Source: a virus
Lineage: Duplodnaviria > Caudoviricetes
Length of the DNA: 64,000 bases
Direction: 5' to 3' (one strand)
Virus record (IMG/VR): IMGVR_UViG_2597489865_000010
Location: 13,709 to 77,708 of that record
The translations under genes were made by a program, and so were the position numbers. Positions 42,783 to 54,675 of this stretch are shown in pieces (position 1 is the first letter of the stretch; every line of letters starts with the position of its first letter). A model generated the notes under the pieces. The model was not told where the DNA came from. It searched no databases and was given only the letters and a program-made list of their open reading frames with translations.

Positions 42783-45700
42783 ATGCCGCAGTCCAGCGTC
42801 GTCTACCCCTGGAACAATAAGCCTCTGCTGCCAATTGATCGGGGTATTCCAACCCATGAGGAGATGCGCCTTGCTGAACTTCGCCGCAAGGACTATCTTC
42901 AGGCGAAAAAGCAGGTTGACGACCAGCTGGAAACGGTCAGTTCAAGCATTTACTGGCGCTTTGACCAGCGCGAGAAGCAAAAGGGCTTTGACAGCGCCCG
43001 CCGCTGGTTAACTGAGTCCGTGGTTAAGGTGATGTTGTCGCGCATTGCGCGTGTAAACGCCGGTTACCGCCTGGATGAGATAGCCGACGACGATTTCTGT
43101 GCGCTGTTTGGCGACCGCGCAACCCAATCCCCCCAGCATAATGGCGTGGTGGCCTTTTTGCGTCTGCGCACCCAGCGTCAGCGCCTGCCCGCCCTGGACA
43201 GCCAGGCGCTCAAGTCCCTGGCGAACGCCGCCGCCCATGTTGCCGCCACGGAAGTGGCCCACCTGACCCACGCGCAGGGCGATAAAAGCGAATGGCGCAT
43301 TGTCTATGACCACTATCACCACCTGGCCCGGATCACCGCCTGCTGGGCCTGCAACCGCCGCTCTGGAACAAGCTGGAAAAATGTTTTGTTCCCTTTTATG
43401 CCCAACCGGCCATCAGGCGGATGTGTGATGCGCGGTGGTGGCTGAACAGCCTGCGCCGGACCGCTAACCGCTGGCGTGAACATCTGGCTATCGCCATGGG
43501 GTATGTCCATAAGCACGCCTCCCCGAACGTCAGCACAACCGCCTTGCGTGACTGGCACGAACAGCGTTACCGTACCAACGAGTGGCGTAAATGCATGGAG
43601 CTGGAAGACGAAGAGGGTAACCGTATCAGCCTGATGGATGGCTATGCCGCCAGCCAGGCCAATCCCGCCATCCGACGCACTGAGCTGATGGTACGACTAC
43701 GGGGGTATGAAGACATTGCCAACGCTCAGGGCTATGTTGGCGAATTTGTGACCATTACCGCGCCCTCAAGCCATCACGCCACGCTAGAAAATGGGCGCGT
43801 TAACCGTAAATGGAACGGGGCCAGCCCGGCAGATACCCAGCGCTATCTCAATGGCGTCTGGGCCTGCGCCCGCGCCAAATGCCATCGCCAGAAGCTGCGC
43901 TTTTTCGGACTGCGTGTGGCTTTGTTGAATAAATCGAACTTTTAGGTGACTGGCGGCTCTGATCACTACATTCGTTTCAACATCAGGTCCCCATGGCAAA
44001 GCAAAAGTTTAAAATCACCAACTGGCCCGCATATAACAATGCGCTCAGGCAGCGGGGGGACCTGACAGTATGGCTTGATGAGTCAGCCATTGCTGCATGG
44101 ACTGAGAGTACACCACCTGAACATCGTGGCCGGCCGCTTCACTACACCGATATGGCCATTACCACGGTTCTGATGATAAAGCGCGTGTTTAACCTTTCGC
44201 TCCGGGCGTTACAGGGTTTCGTTGACTCGATTTTTAAACTGATGGGGCTGTCGCTGCGCTGCCCAGATTACTCTCTGGTCAGCCGGCGAGCAAAAACCGT
44301 CGACATCAGCATAAAAACGCCAACCCGCGGCGAAATCTCACACCTGGTCATCGATGGCACCGGCCTGAAAATCTTCGGCGAAGGCGAATGGAAAGTCAGG
44401 CAGCATGGGGCTGAGAGGCGCAGAGTATGGCGCAAGCTTCATCTGGCAGTAGATAGCGCGACACATGAAATTATCTGTGCCGATTTATCGCTAAGCGGTA
44501 CGACAGATGCGCAGGCGCTGCCCGGGCTGATTAACCAAACCCACCGGAAAATCAGGGAAGCGTCGGCTGACAGTGCTTACGATACGCGTTACTGTCATGA
44601 TGCTCTGCTGAGGAAAAAAATAAAGCCGCTTATCCCACCGCGAAGTGGTGCGCAATATTGGCCAGCTCGATACCATGAGCGTAACCATGCGGTGGCAAAT
44701 CAGCATCTGAGCGGCAATAACGATACCTGGAAAAAGAAAGTAGGTTATCACCGGCGTTCACTGGCTGAAACGGCCATGTTCCGGTTTAAAATACTTCTGG
44801 GTGGTCATCTGAGTCTGCATGACTATGACGCGCAGGTAGGTGAGGCTATGGCAATGGTCAAAGCGCTTAACCGGATCACGTTGTTAGGAATGCCAAACAG
44901 CGTCCGCATCATGTAACAATCGCCCTGATAGGGAGGAAGTCGTCACAAATTTCGGATTTATTCAACAAAGCGACTGCGTGTTGCCGAGCCGCATCATGAC
45001 GGTACGCCGCACAGCCATTTACTGATATTTGCCCGCCCGGAAGACATGCCCCGCATCCTGGAAATCCTACGCGACTATGCCATGGCGGCAGACTGTGAGG
45101 AATTACGCAGCGCCGTCGCGGCAAGCGCCCGGTTTGACGCCAAAGCCATTGACCCGGAAAAAGGCAGCGCCACCGGGTATGTTGCCAAATACATCTCGAA
45201 AAACATCGACGTCTATGCCCTGGACGGTGAAACCGACGACGAAAGCGGCAGGCCGATAAAGGAAAGCGCGCAACGCGCCACCGCCTGGGCTTCACGCTGG
45301 GGCATTCGTCAATTTCAGTTTATTGGCTGCACCCCCGTCACCGTCTGGAGGGAGCTGCGCCGCCTGAATGACAGCGAAACCGCGCACGGCCTGAGTGTGG
45401 AATTTGCCGCCTGCCACGATACAGCCAACGCCCCCGACTGGGCCGGGTACGTCAATGCCCAGGGTGGGCCACTGGTCAAGCGTGATGATCTGGCGGTGCG
45501 CACCTGGTACCAGCCCGCCGAGGTACTCAATCAGTACGGCGAGGAGATGCTCAGTATCCGCGGCCTGTTCGATACGGTCGTTGGCGGGGACTCGCCGATC
45601 CTGACCCGGTTGAAGCAGTGGAAGATTGTGCCGAAGTTAGCCGTTGACGTGAGCAACGCGGACGCGTTGCCTCGGAGTTCTGTCGATAACTGTACGGGGG

Positions 45701-46014
45701 ATCCAGGACCGCTAACCTCAGATTGGCGCACAACGCCACCCTTACCGCCCCCCGAGGCGGCCTTAAATACCCGCATTAAGAAAATTTATCGCCATGCAGC
45801 AGAAAAAGGCCTGGTTCTGAGTCCTGGGGACGCCCGATCTTTGGCTGAAGGTAAGGTGATGAAAATTGACGGTCAGCGTTATTGCGCCCTGGCAACCGGC
45901 GTATTGCTTTCTCGTGCGCCCAGCGCTGCTGAAAAAGCCAAAGCATTGATGCAGAGCGTCGCGCAGCTATGCAAACGGAAGGTGACATCAGGTTTGTATA
46001 ATCCCGCCGGCTAA
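42783..46014 (+). pseudogene. P2-like replication endonuclease gpA; frameshifts and IS insertion
   Basis: RRTELMVR, TITAPS, EPHHDGTP, GYVAKYISKNID, WGIRQFQF. Confidence 0.93.
43918..44972 (+). mobile_element. IS903-like element with intact transposase (43993-44916)
   Basis: 9-bp TSD ACTGCGTGT (43909-43917, 44973-44981). Confidence 0.97.
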
Positions 46015-46070
46015 CATGACCGCCGGGCGACCTGATGAAAATATATGCAAATAAAACAGATGGATAAACA

Positions 46071-46415
46071 ATGAATATTCAAGATACTGACATGCAAACA
46101 AAGGTGATATACATTGCCGGTCCCATGACCGGAAAACCCGATTTCAACCGGACAGCTTTTTCCCTGGCCTATGTTCGGCTATCCGCTCAGGGCGCTATTC
46201 CACTCAATCCCGCCATGCTACCGGAGGGTCTTTCCGAGGCTGACTACATGCGCATCTGCCTGGCCATGTTGCAATGCGCCGACGGAATTTACCTGCTGGA
46301 CGGCTGGCAGGACAGCGCGGGCGCCTGTGCTGAAGCGGCACTGGCTAAAAAGCTGGGCCTGGTCTTCCTCTTTCAGGCAACGCAGGCGGCCATGAAGGGG
46401 CGACCTGATGCCTGA
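46071..46415 (+). CDS. DUF4406 (nucleoside deoxyribosyltransferase-like fold) phage protein
   Basis: IYIAGPMTG..FN...LNPA..P...YMRICLAMLQCADGIYLLDGWQDSAGA. Confidence 0.85.
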   Translation: MNIQDTDMQTKVIYIAGPMTGKPDFNRTAFSLAYVRLSAQGAIPLNPAMLPEGLSEADYMRICLAMLQCADGIYLLDGWQDSAGACAEAALAKKLGLVFLFQATQAAMKGRPDA

Positions 46416-46620
46416 CATTATCGATATTGCCAGCGAGCGGGAGGAGTTGTTCCGTGAGCGCGCGATTGCTGAAGCTCGGCGGCGTTATCGTCCGATGCCG
46501 ATCACGGGCCGCTGCTACCATTGTGAAGAGAAAACGCCTGGCAATTTTTGCTGCTCGGAATGCCGGGATGATTGGGGGAAACGCCAGTATGCCGAGCGTC
46601 AGCGCGTTCGCGGCGCATAA
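46408..46620 (+). CDS. Phage DksA/TraR-like Zn-finger protein
   Basis: MPDIIDIASERE...CYHC...FCCSECRDD. Confidence 0.75.
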   Translation: MPDIIDIASEREELFRERAIAEARRRYRPMPITGRCYHCEEKTPGNFCCSECRDDWGKRQYAERQRVRGA

Positions 46621-46692
46621 AAAAGCTGACCAGATAGTCAGCATCATAGGCAAATGTTTAATTTGACCTGGCGTTGGAGGGATGAGTTATGC

Positions 46693-47044
46693 TCATCCCT
46701 GTAACGTTTTTTTAAGCCCCCGTACCTGTTCAGGGCTAAGCTCCTCAAGTTTTCTGGCAAAAAACAGAAAGACTTCTTTGGTCTGCTCATTCACCCTCAT
46801 GAGATTAATTTTTATTGATGGTTGAGAAAGGTCTGCTAATTTTTTTAATTCCTCCAGCGCCTCACCCTTAATTTTAAAATGGTTGGCAATACCTTCAATG
46901 AAAGGGGGTGGGGGCTGCGCGCTTACCCAGTTCGATCGCGGATACATAGGCAGCGCTTATGCCCAGACAATCGGCCATGTCCCTAAGCGTCATGTCGTGA
47001 TCTATTCTTAGTTTTCTAAGATATTTTCCCAGATTGCTCACCAT
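46693..47044 (-). pseudogene. XRE-family HTH regulator, frameshifted near 46915
   Basis: MVSNLGKYLRKLRIDHDMTLRDMADCLGISAAYVSAIELGKR, continuing in a second frame. Confidence 0.75.
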
Positions 47045-47192
47045 GCTCTCTTCTCTCTATATTCATCCGGTATACAGAGAAGCATGGTACAAAAAATCAA
47101 CAAACATGGCTATTTTTATGCATAAAAATCAAGCGTATTTTCCGTGATAAATGTCGATGGCTGTTGCTTTCGGATGCCGCTATACTGCATCC

Positions 47193-48109
47193 ATGACAAA
47201 AATACCTTCACATCACGACGCACTGTTCAAAAAATTCCTTGGTAATATCGAGGTTGCCCGCGACTTTCTCGCTATCCATCTGCCGCCCCATCTTCGGGAG
47301 CGTTGCGATTTTGCTACCCTTGCAATGGAGTCCGGTTCGTTTATCGAAGATGACCTGCGCGCACAGTGTTCCGATATGCTCTACTCCGTGCAGACCCCTG
47401 TGGGGAAAGGGTATCTCTACCTGCTACTTGAGCACCAGAGCCGACCAGAGAAACTCATGGCCTTCAGGCTGCTAAAGTACGCCGTCGCCACCATGCAGCG
47501 GCATCTGGAGCAGGGCAACGACACCTTGCCGGTCGTCATTCCTTTGCTCTTTTACCATGGCCGCACCTCACCTTACCCTTACACAACCCGCTGGCTGGAT
47601 TGCTTTGCCGATCCTGAGCTGGCAGAATCAGTCTACAGGCAAGCTTTCCCGCTGGTTGATATTACCGCCATGCCGGATAATGCGATCTTAACCCACCAAC
47701 GTGTCGCTTTGCTGGAGCTTGTCATGAAGCATATTCGCACAAGGGATATGCTGGAGTTGGCCGAAGAGATTGCACGATTGCTGAATCAGTGGACGCTGCC
47801 GCAAGAGCAGTTTCGTAGTCTGATGTACTATCATTGTCGGTCGAGGCGAAACATCAGATACCAGGCAGTTTTTGCATACCATAGCAGCACAGACACAGGA
47901 TTATCAGGTGGATGTTATGATGATTGCGGAACAGTTACGGCAGGAAGGCATCAATAAGGGCATCTAGCTTGGCGAGCGGAAAGGCCGGCAGGAAACCCGT
48001 ATCCAGATCGCTCGCCAGCTTATCGCCAATTGGCGTCGATCGTGCCATCGTCAGGATCTCCACAGGATTGACTGATAACGAGCTGGATAATCTGCCCAAC
48101 CTACAATAA
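47193..48109 (+). pseudogene. Second Rpn/YhgA-like nuclease; frameshifts and stop in the C-terminal part
   Basis: HDALFKKF, SDMLYS, LLEHQS; MIAEQLRQEG* and STGLTDNELDNL in other frames. Confidence 0.9.
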
Positions 48110-48110
48110 T

Positions 48111-48550
48111 TCAACAAACTGTTAATGCTTCCTGATTTTCATCGATCTGTGCATGGAGCTTATTGCATTCATTATTCGCATTTTTGTTCCGTTGATCTAA
48201 CCAATCAAGCACAGGGTGAATGGCAAGATGGCTGGTGAAACCGCAGTTTTTGCAGATAAGGCGATATTGGTAGTCAAGCACAGGATCGTGAGGTGCGCCG
48301 TTGGCATTAATAGTGATGTAATCCACATAGATAGGTAGGTGGCCGTCTATCGGTAGTTCCTAACCCTCACCCTCAGCGTTGCCTTGCCAGACCTGCGGTA
48401 TGCTCATCTCTGAACCATGACAGATTGGGCAACGTAACTCAGAAATGCCTCTTTCGGATAAAAACAAGCAAACAGGTCAGGCGAAATTTTTTCCAGTCTT
48501 GAGCGCGTTGAGGGTTGCCCGCCTTCGCCCTGATGCATATTGGTTGGCAT
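48111..48550 (-). pseudogene. Zn-ribbon protein homologous to 35167-35648; frameshift plus stop
   Basis: ISPDLFACF/SERGISELRCPICHGSEMSIPQ...*...YRLICKNCGF...VLDW; GAGGT RBS. Confidence 0.7.
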
Positions 48551-48649
48551 TGAATACCTCGTAAAAATACAAAACGTGCGGCTCACTTTATAGCGTTTGG
48601 CGTTCGCCTGGCAATAGCGATACTTCTGGCGTCGCGTCCAATTGTTTGG

Positions 48650-48810
48650 GCTGCACAAAAGTGCACAATTTTGCACGATTTTTTCACTGCGATTTTTCCC
48701 CTTTCCGCCCAGTGCGGGCGCGGGCTGGGCCGGGATCGGCCTCTGCACAAAAAACGAAGCGAATGTCGCGCGCAGGTGACGGGGAGACAGCCCGCAAAAC
48801 GGGGTGCCAA
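48650..48810. other. Probable P2-like cos/packaging region
   Basis: TGCACAA repeats and GCAGGTGACGGGGAGACAG resembling P2 cos; located just past the portal gene. Confidence 0.45.
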
Positions 48811-49017
48811 AGGTAATGCGTGGACGCGCCATTATTCGCCGTCTGGCGGTTCTCTGTGCGTCTATGGGGCTGGGCTGGGAGGGTAAAAGGAGGGTGTCGC
48901 GTTGCGCCCGTCAGAATGGCGCTCAGGCGGTGATAGCGGGGTGTGATGCGCGGGTCGTCAGTGACGGGGGAATGCTCTGTGGCAGGCCGCGCCGGGCAGC
49001 GCGGCAGGGGGAATGGG

Positions 49018-50061
49018 TTAGTCGTCTTTAAGCAGGACGTAGGGTGTGAAGCGGATCACCTCCTGCCCAAGCCAGTCATTGATGTGTTTCAGTGCTGCCA
49101 TGACCGACATCAGTTCATTAATGGCAAAAACGCGCGCCGCTTTCTCGACATCGCCAAACGAACCTTTCTCGCCGGGCATGGCCCCATCAACTGCGGCGGT
49201 ACGCGGTGCGCGGCAAGGATATCGTCACGCGACACCGACTTGACGTTCAGGAATTCATCCTTGGCAGTGATCTGCTGGAACGGCAGGATTTGCACGCCGT
49301 CCTTGCCGCCGCCGGGGGAATGTATCAGCAGGTTTTTGAATGCGCCCTTTCCCCGTGAATCCGCCAGCGTTTTTTTCACGACCTCCATACTTTCAAGGTC
49401 AACCTGGGTGGCACCCACGTAGATAATGCACCCGGCATGAGAGCCGTTGTCGTAATAGAGCTTGCGAAACATATCCGCCGAGTGGGACAGGCTGGCGGAG
49501 AGTAACGCCCCCAGGTATTCCGGCATGCCGTAAATCTTCTGGTTGATATCGGGATTCAGCACATGGCAAATGCTGCCCGTTCTGAAAGGGTGCTCGTCCT
49601 GCCATTGCCGAACGAGCCAGTAGGTGTCCAGATCGTTACCGCGCCGGACATAGCGGGCGGGGGCATGCCGTAACGTCAGGGGGCTGCCAAGTTGATTGCA
49701 TCGCAGTTCAAGGTAGGCATTCCCGAAAACGAACCAGTCCAGCGCCAGTGCGGAGAAGGTTTGGCGGGACAGTAAAGGGTTGGGGAATAAAGCAACCCGT
49801 CAGCACGTTACGTTTGAAGTACAGCGCCGACTGATGCCATGATGTCTGCCGGGATGCCTTCGCCAGTCCGCCCCAGTCAATGGGCGTCTCGTAATACCGG
49901 CCATTGTTCGCGCAAGCCGTGTTATCCAGCAGATCGTAATCTTCCGCCAGATAAGGGCCGTCAAAACTAAAAGCGCTCAATGCGGGATCCCTTTTTAGCG
50001 CGCCGGCGAGATCAGGATGTCTGACTGTGGTCGGCAAATTTTTTTTTCTGTTTTTCTTCAT
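49018..50061 (-). pseudogene. P2-like portal protein (gpQ)
   Basis: HQSALYFKRN, QKIYGMPEY, AAHRVPPQLMG; split across frames. Confidence 0.92.
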
Positions 50062-51806
50062 CAGAACTCCATGGCGAATCCACCGCCGTCGTCTCGTTCC
50101 TGGCCCAGCGGTTCGTTAATAATAGCTAGCATGGTGGCCCAGGCCAGATCGCCATGGCTCACGCCGCGGGCGCGATCGATGTCATAGGTGATAAACCCGC
50201 CCGGCGTTTTTACCTTGCGCACGGCATTAAAGGCGTTAATCAGGGCGCGCTCACTGCGATCATATTCCCAGCGCCCGGCGCGTATAATCTGCAACATCTT
50301 CAGTACCAGGGCGCGCTTGGACGACAGCGACAGGGTGTAGGGCATCGCCATCGGAAAGAATTTCTTCACCAACTGGTAAACGGCCTCGCCGTTGCCGCCC
50401 GTCACGTCAATGCCAATATGCTGTACGTGATACTTGAGGGTGAAGTTTTCAATAACCTTTGCCTGCGCTTCAAACTCCAGCCCGCGCACCTGCTCCGTTT
50501 CCACCGTGCGGAACTTGCCGCCGGGCACCAGGGGCGGCACTACCACGGATACCGCACCGCTATCGCCGTTGCCGCTGCTGCCATTGACATCGTAGCCCAG
50601 CCATACCGGGCGGTTGCCCATGGGGCGTGAGGCGAACGGCTTCCAGTCCGGCCACTCGTCGTAGCCGTCCGTCCCGCAGCTTATCAGGGCGTTAAAATTA
50701 AAGGCGGATTCGCCATCGCGAACGAACTCGCACAGGTAAAGATTGCGAAATTCATCCTCGCTGTTTTCCTCCTGGATGTCGGCAAGACGGGTATATTCCC
50801 AACCGCGATCGATAACGTCCTTCAGGGTAACAATCTGGCGCCAGGTTTTATCCGGGCACAGCAACCCGCTGTTGAGCGCTTTCCACGACACATCGAAGGC
50901 GCTGCGCCCTGGGGCGCTTCTCGTTCCAGCGTTCTCCGGTCCAGAACGGGTAAGCCTCGTGTGTTTCGGCTGACGGCGTGGAAAAGTAGGGGCGTGTCAG
51001 TCCTGTTAGCGTTGCCATGGCTGCCGCCACCTTGCGCAGGTTGGTAAAGTTACTGACCCAGAAAAATTCATCAAAATAGAAGTTGCCCGTATACGACTGT
51101 GCCGTCGCCGCCGACGTCCCCAGAAAATGCAGCTCGGCCCCGTTTGAGAGGATGATGCGATCCCCCCCTTTCAGGTCAACGTCCACCGCCTGCGCCGCTT
51201 TCTGGATCGTGTTTTTGAACCGGTACGCCTGACGCCGCGACGCGGACAAAAAAATCTGGTGGCGCTGCCAGGGGTGTGTCACTTCGGTCTCCAGTGCCCG
51301 CAGCAGGGCTTCCTGCGCGAAATACCAGGTTGCGCCTATCTGGCGTGACTTCAGTATCATGCGGTTGCGACAGTCTGCTTGCCGACACACCTCAAGGGAA
51401 TCAAACTAGGTCCGCTGGTGTGCGGCGAGTGAGTCCATGATGTTGACCCGCAGCGCGGCAATCTGCGCCTCGCTGAAGTGGTTTTTCGGCTTGCGCTGGC
51501 GTGGCTTTTGGCGGCGTCAGCCTCTGGTCGTGGTCCGTCCGACAGTTTTTTCAGTTGCCGGGTCAACAGGTCAATCTCCTTGAAATCCCCGCCGGTTTTA
51601 TCCTGCTTGCCCGTCAGCTGGACCAGGCGCGCGTCAATGGACTGGCTCACAGGCTGGACAGGCGGCGCGTTATCCCATGCGTCGTGTTTTTTCCAGGCGT
51701 AAAGGGTGTTTTGATTGATGCCCATCATGCGCGATATTTCCGCCGGCGGATAACCCTGCCAGTAAAGTTGTTTTGCCCGCTGGCGTATAAAAGCGTCTTG
51801 TATCAT
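50061..51806 (-). pseudogene. P2-like terminase ATPase subunit (gpP)
   Basis: AKQLYWQG, ILKSRQIGATWYFA, FDEFFW, HGDLAWA; three fragments. Confidence 0.93.
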
Positions 51807-51968
51807 TGGTCCTCCCCGTTCATGACAGGCAGATGACCGCGTGCGCACGGGCGCTTGCGCCCCCTTTCGGGTCTGGCCCGTCTCCGACAACAACGCCGCA
51901 TTGAGACGGCACTCAACGCTTGCCATCATGGGCAGACAGCACACACACCACTTAACAGGAATACCGAC

Positions 51969-52805
51969 ATGGCCAGCGCCGCTAAACCCGCTCGCAAAAA
52001 ATTCCGCGTCGCCGTTTCCGGGGGTACCGTTGACGGGCGCGAAATCAGACCTGATCACCTCCGTGACGCCGCTGCACATTACAGCCCGGACGTTTACGGT
52101 GCCCGCGTCAACGTGAAGCACTACCTTTCGCCGGTCCCCGGCAGCGATTTCGGCGCCATGGGGGATGTGACGGCGTTAAGTACCGAAGAGATAAGCGACG
52201 GGCCGCTCGCAGGACGTACTGCCCTTTATGCCGAAATTGCCCCCTCCGAGCGCATGAGACAGCTCACTGAGGAGGGCAAAAAAATCTATTCCAGCATTGA
52301 GCTGCATCCACAGTTTGCCCTTAACGGCAAGGCGTATGTGGTCGGGCTGGCGATGACGGACACCCCGGCAAGTCTGGGCACCCAGCGCCTGAAGTTTGCC
52401 GCGCAGCAGCGGGCGCAGGTGATGACCTTTAACAATCAGCAGGGCGACGCGCCGCTGTTTACCGATGCTATCGAGGCGGAATTAATCGAGCTGGCAGAAC
52501 AGCGCAGTGATGAAGGCAAGCAGTGGTTTGGCCGCATCATGGCGATGATTGGCGCAGGCCGGCACAGCGACACGGCGCAGTTCAGCCAGGTGCGCGACGC
52601 CGTTGAGCAGGTTGCGCAGTCTCACGCCGATCTGGTTGACCGCGTGGCCGCGCTGGCGCAACAGCATACCCGCGACAGGCGTCAGATCACCACACTGAAC
52701 AATGAGCTGACTGCCCTGCGTGGACAATTACAGCGGCAGGATGGCGATCCGGTTTCGCGTTTTGCCGTCACCGGCCAGGCCAGTGAAACATTGGTAGATT
52801 ACTGA
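51969..52805 (+). CDS. P2-like capsid scaffolding protein (gpO)
   Basis: FRVAVSGGTVDGREI, GLAMTDTPASLGT; divergent from gpP. Confidence 0.92.
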   Translation: MASAAKPARKKFRVAVSGGTVDGREIRPDHLRDAAAHYSPDVYGARVNVKHYLSPVPGSDFGAMGDVTALSTEEISDGPLAGRTALYAEIAPSERMRQLTEEGKKIYSSIELHPQFALNGKAYVVGLAMTDTPASLGTQRLKFAAQQRAQVMTFNNQQGDAPLFTDAIEAELIELAEQRSDEGKQWFGRIMAMIGAGRHSDTAQFSQVRDAVEQVAQSHADLVDRVAALAQQHTRDRRQITTLNNELTALRGQLQRQDGDPVSRFAVTGQASETLVDY

Positions 52806-52827
52806 TCCACAACGAAGGGATAATACA

Positions 52828-53940
52828 ATGAGCTTCGCACTTGCAGGCAATGCCCGCGCGACACTTGACCGGTATATGGCGCGTCAGGCGCAACTTAACC
52901 ATGTGTCGGTCGGCGCGCTGGAAAAGCGCTTTACGGTCGCTCCGGCCGTCCAGCAGCGTCTGGAAAACGCCCAGATATTGAGCAGTGATCTGCTGCAAAA
53001 AATCAACGTGATCGGGGTAAAAGAGCAGGAAGGCGAAAAGGTGCTGATTGGCACCACCGGTCCGATTGCCCGCACTAACAGCACCAGTGACGGCACTCAA
53101 CGCCGTAACCCGGCCACAGTGCATGATCTGGAAGCACGGCGCTACCGCTGCGACCAGGTGAACTACGATACCGCCATTGGCTATCCCCAGCTGGATGCGT
53201 GGGCGGGGCATGCCGATTTTCCGTTGCGAATCAGTCAGCAGATCGCCCGCCAGGTGGCCCTTGACCGCATCATGATCGGGTTTAACGGCACCTCCCATGC
53301 GCTGATTTCCAACTTTGCCAAAAACCCGTTGCTTCAGGACATTTTACCCGGCTGGCTTGCACAGATCCGCCAGAAGGCACCGCAGCGCGTGATGTCCGAT
53401 GTCACCATTTCTACACGCGACATGACCAACAAGGTGGTGGGTGAAGGCAAATACAGTAACCCGGATGCACTGGTGCAGGATGCGCGGTCGTCCCTGCTGG
53501 AGGAGTGACATAAGGAAGCCCCGGATCTGGTGGTACTGATTGGCCGCGACCTGCTGAACTCGCTGCGTCTGCCGTATATCAACACCCTGAGCGCCACCAG
53601 TCCCAATGTTGAACTGCTTGCCGGTCAGTTGATCCTGTCTTCCGAAATGATTGGCGGTCTGCCGGTCTATGTCGCGCCGTTCTTCCCGAAAGATGCCATG
53701 CTGATCACCGCCTTTAGCAACCTGTCGATTTACTACCTGCTGGGTGGTCTGCGCCGGTTGATGCGTGAAGAGCCGGAATACAACCGGCTGGCGGTATACC
53801 AGTCCTCGGTCGATGGCTATGTTGTCGAGGCTTTAGGCAAGGTGGCGCTGATTGACAAGCTGACCTTTGCTAAACCAAAGCCGCAGGAGCCGGCCACCGA
53901 TACGCAGAAAAAAGGACAGACGAGGCAGGACGGAGTATAA
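52828..53940 (+). pseudogene. P2-like major capsid protein (gpN), TGA at 53506
   Basis: ALDRIMIGFNG, NPLLQD, APFFP. Confidence 0.92.
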
Positions 53941-54000
53941 TGCTCCCCGCTGTTGCAGAGCGGGCGGGGTGCGCCCCGCCATGAATGGAGAAGAGCAACG

Positions 54001-54645
54001 ATGTTAACACCGGCACAGGCGCACTTTCAGCGCGTCATGGCACAACGGCGCGGGGAATCGGACGGCGCGGGCCGCACGGCGCACGGAGCGATCCTGCACC
54101 GCTTGCGGCTGGCTCAGTCGCGCCTTAAGGGGATCCAGTCCAGGGCCGTCAAGGTAGAGGTCAAGAAAACACTGCTGCCCGAGTTTTCCGGCTGGATAGA
54201 AGGGACGCTTGAGAGCGATAGCGGTCGCCAGGATGAGGTGATCGTGACGCTGATGGTGTGGGCAGTGGATTGCGGTGATCTGGCGCTGGCACTGCGGCTG
54301 GGTGCTTATGTGGTGCGTCATTGCCTGACACCGCCCGATAATTTCGGGCGCGATGCCGCCACCCTGCTGACGGAAGAAATCTGTAACCCGATCCTGACGC
54401 TGGCCAGTACCGAGCCGAATGCAGATTTATCCGGCTTCATTGCGCCGCTGGACGCGTTGTGGGACATCGTGAGGCAGCAGGATATGCCCGATGAGGTGCG
54501 CGCCAAACTGTGCAAGGCCAGTGCGTTCTCACGCCGTGCCAGCACGGATCCGGAGACTCAGGGAGACGCCCTGAAGCTGTTCCGCGAGGCGATGCACCTT
54601 ACCCCTGGCGCGGGCGTCAAACGTGACATTGCCACCCTCGTGCGC
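54001..54645 (+). pseudogene. P2-like terminase endonuclease subunit (gpM), 3' end deleted and fused in frame to gpL
   Basis: MLTPAQAH, DMPDEVRAKL, GVKRDI; no stop codon. Confidence 0.82.
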
Positions 54646-54675
54646 CCACCGCCTGATTTTTCAGGAGAGAAACAC

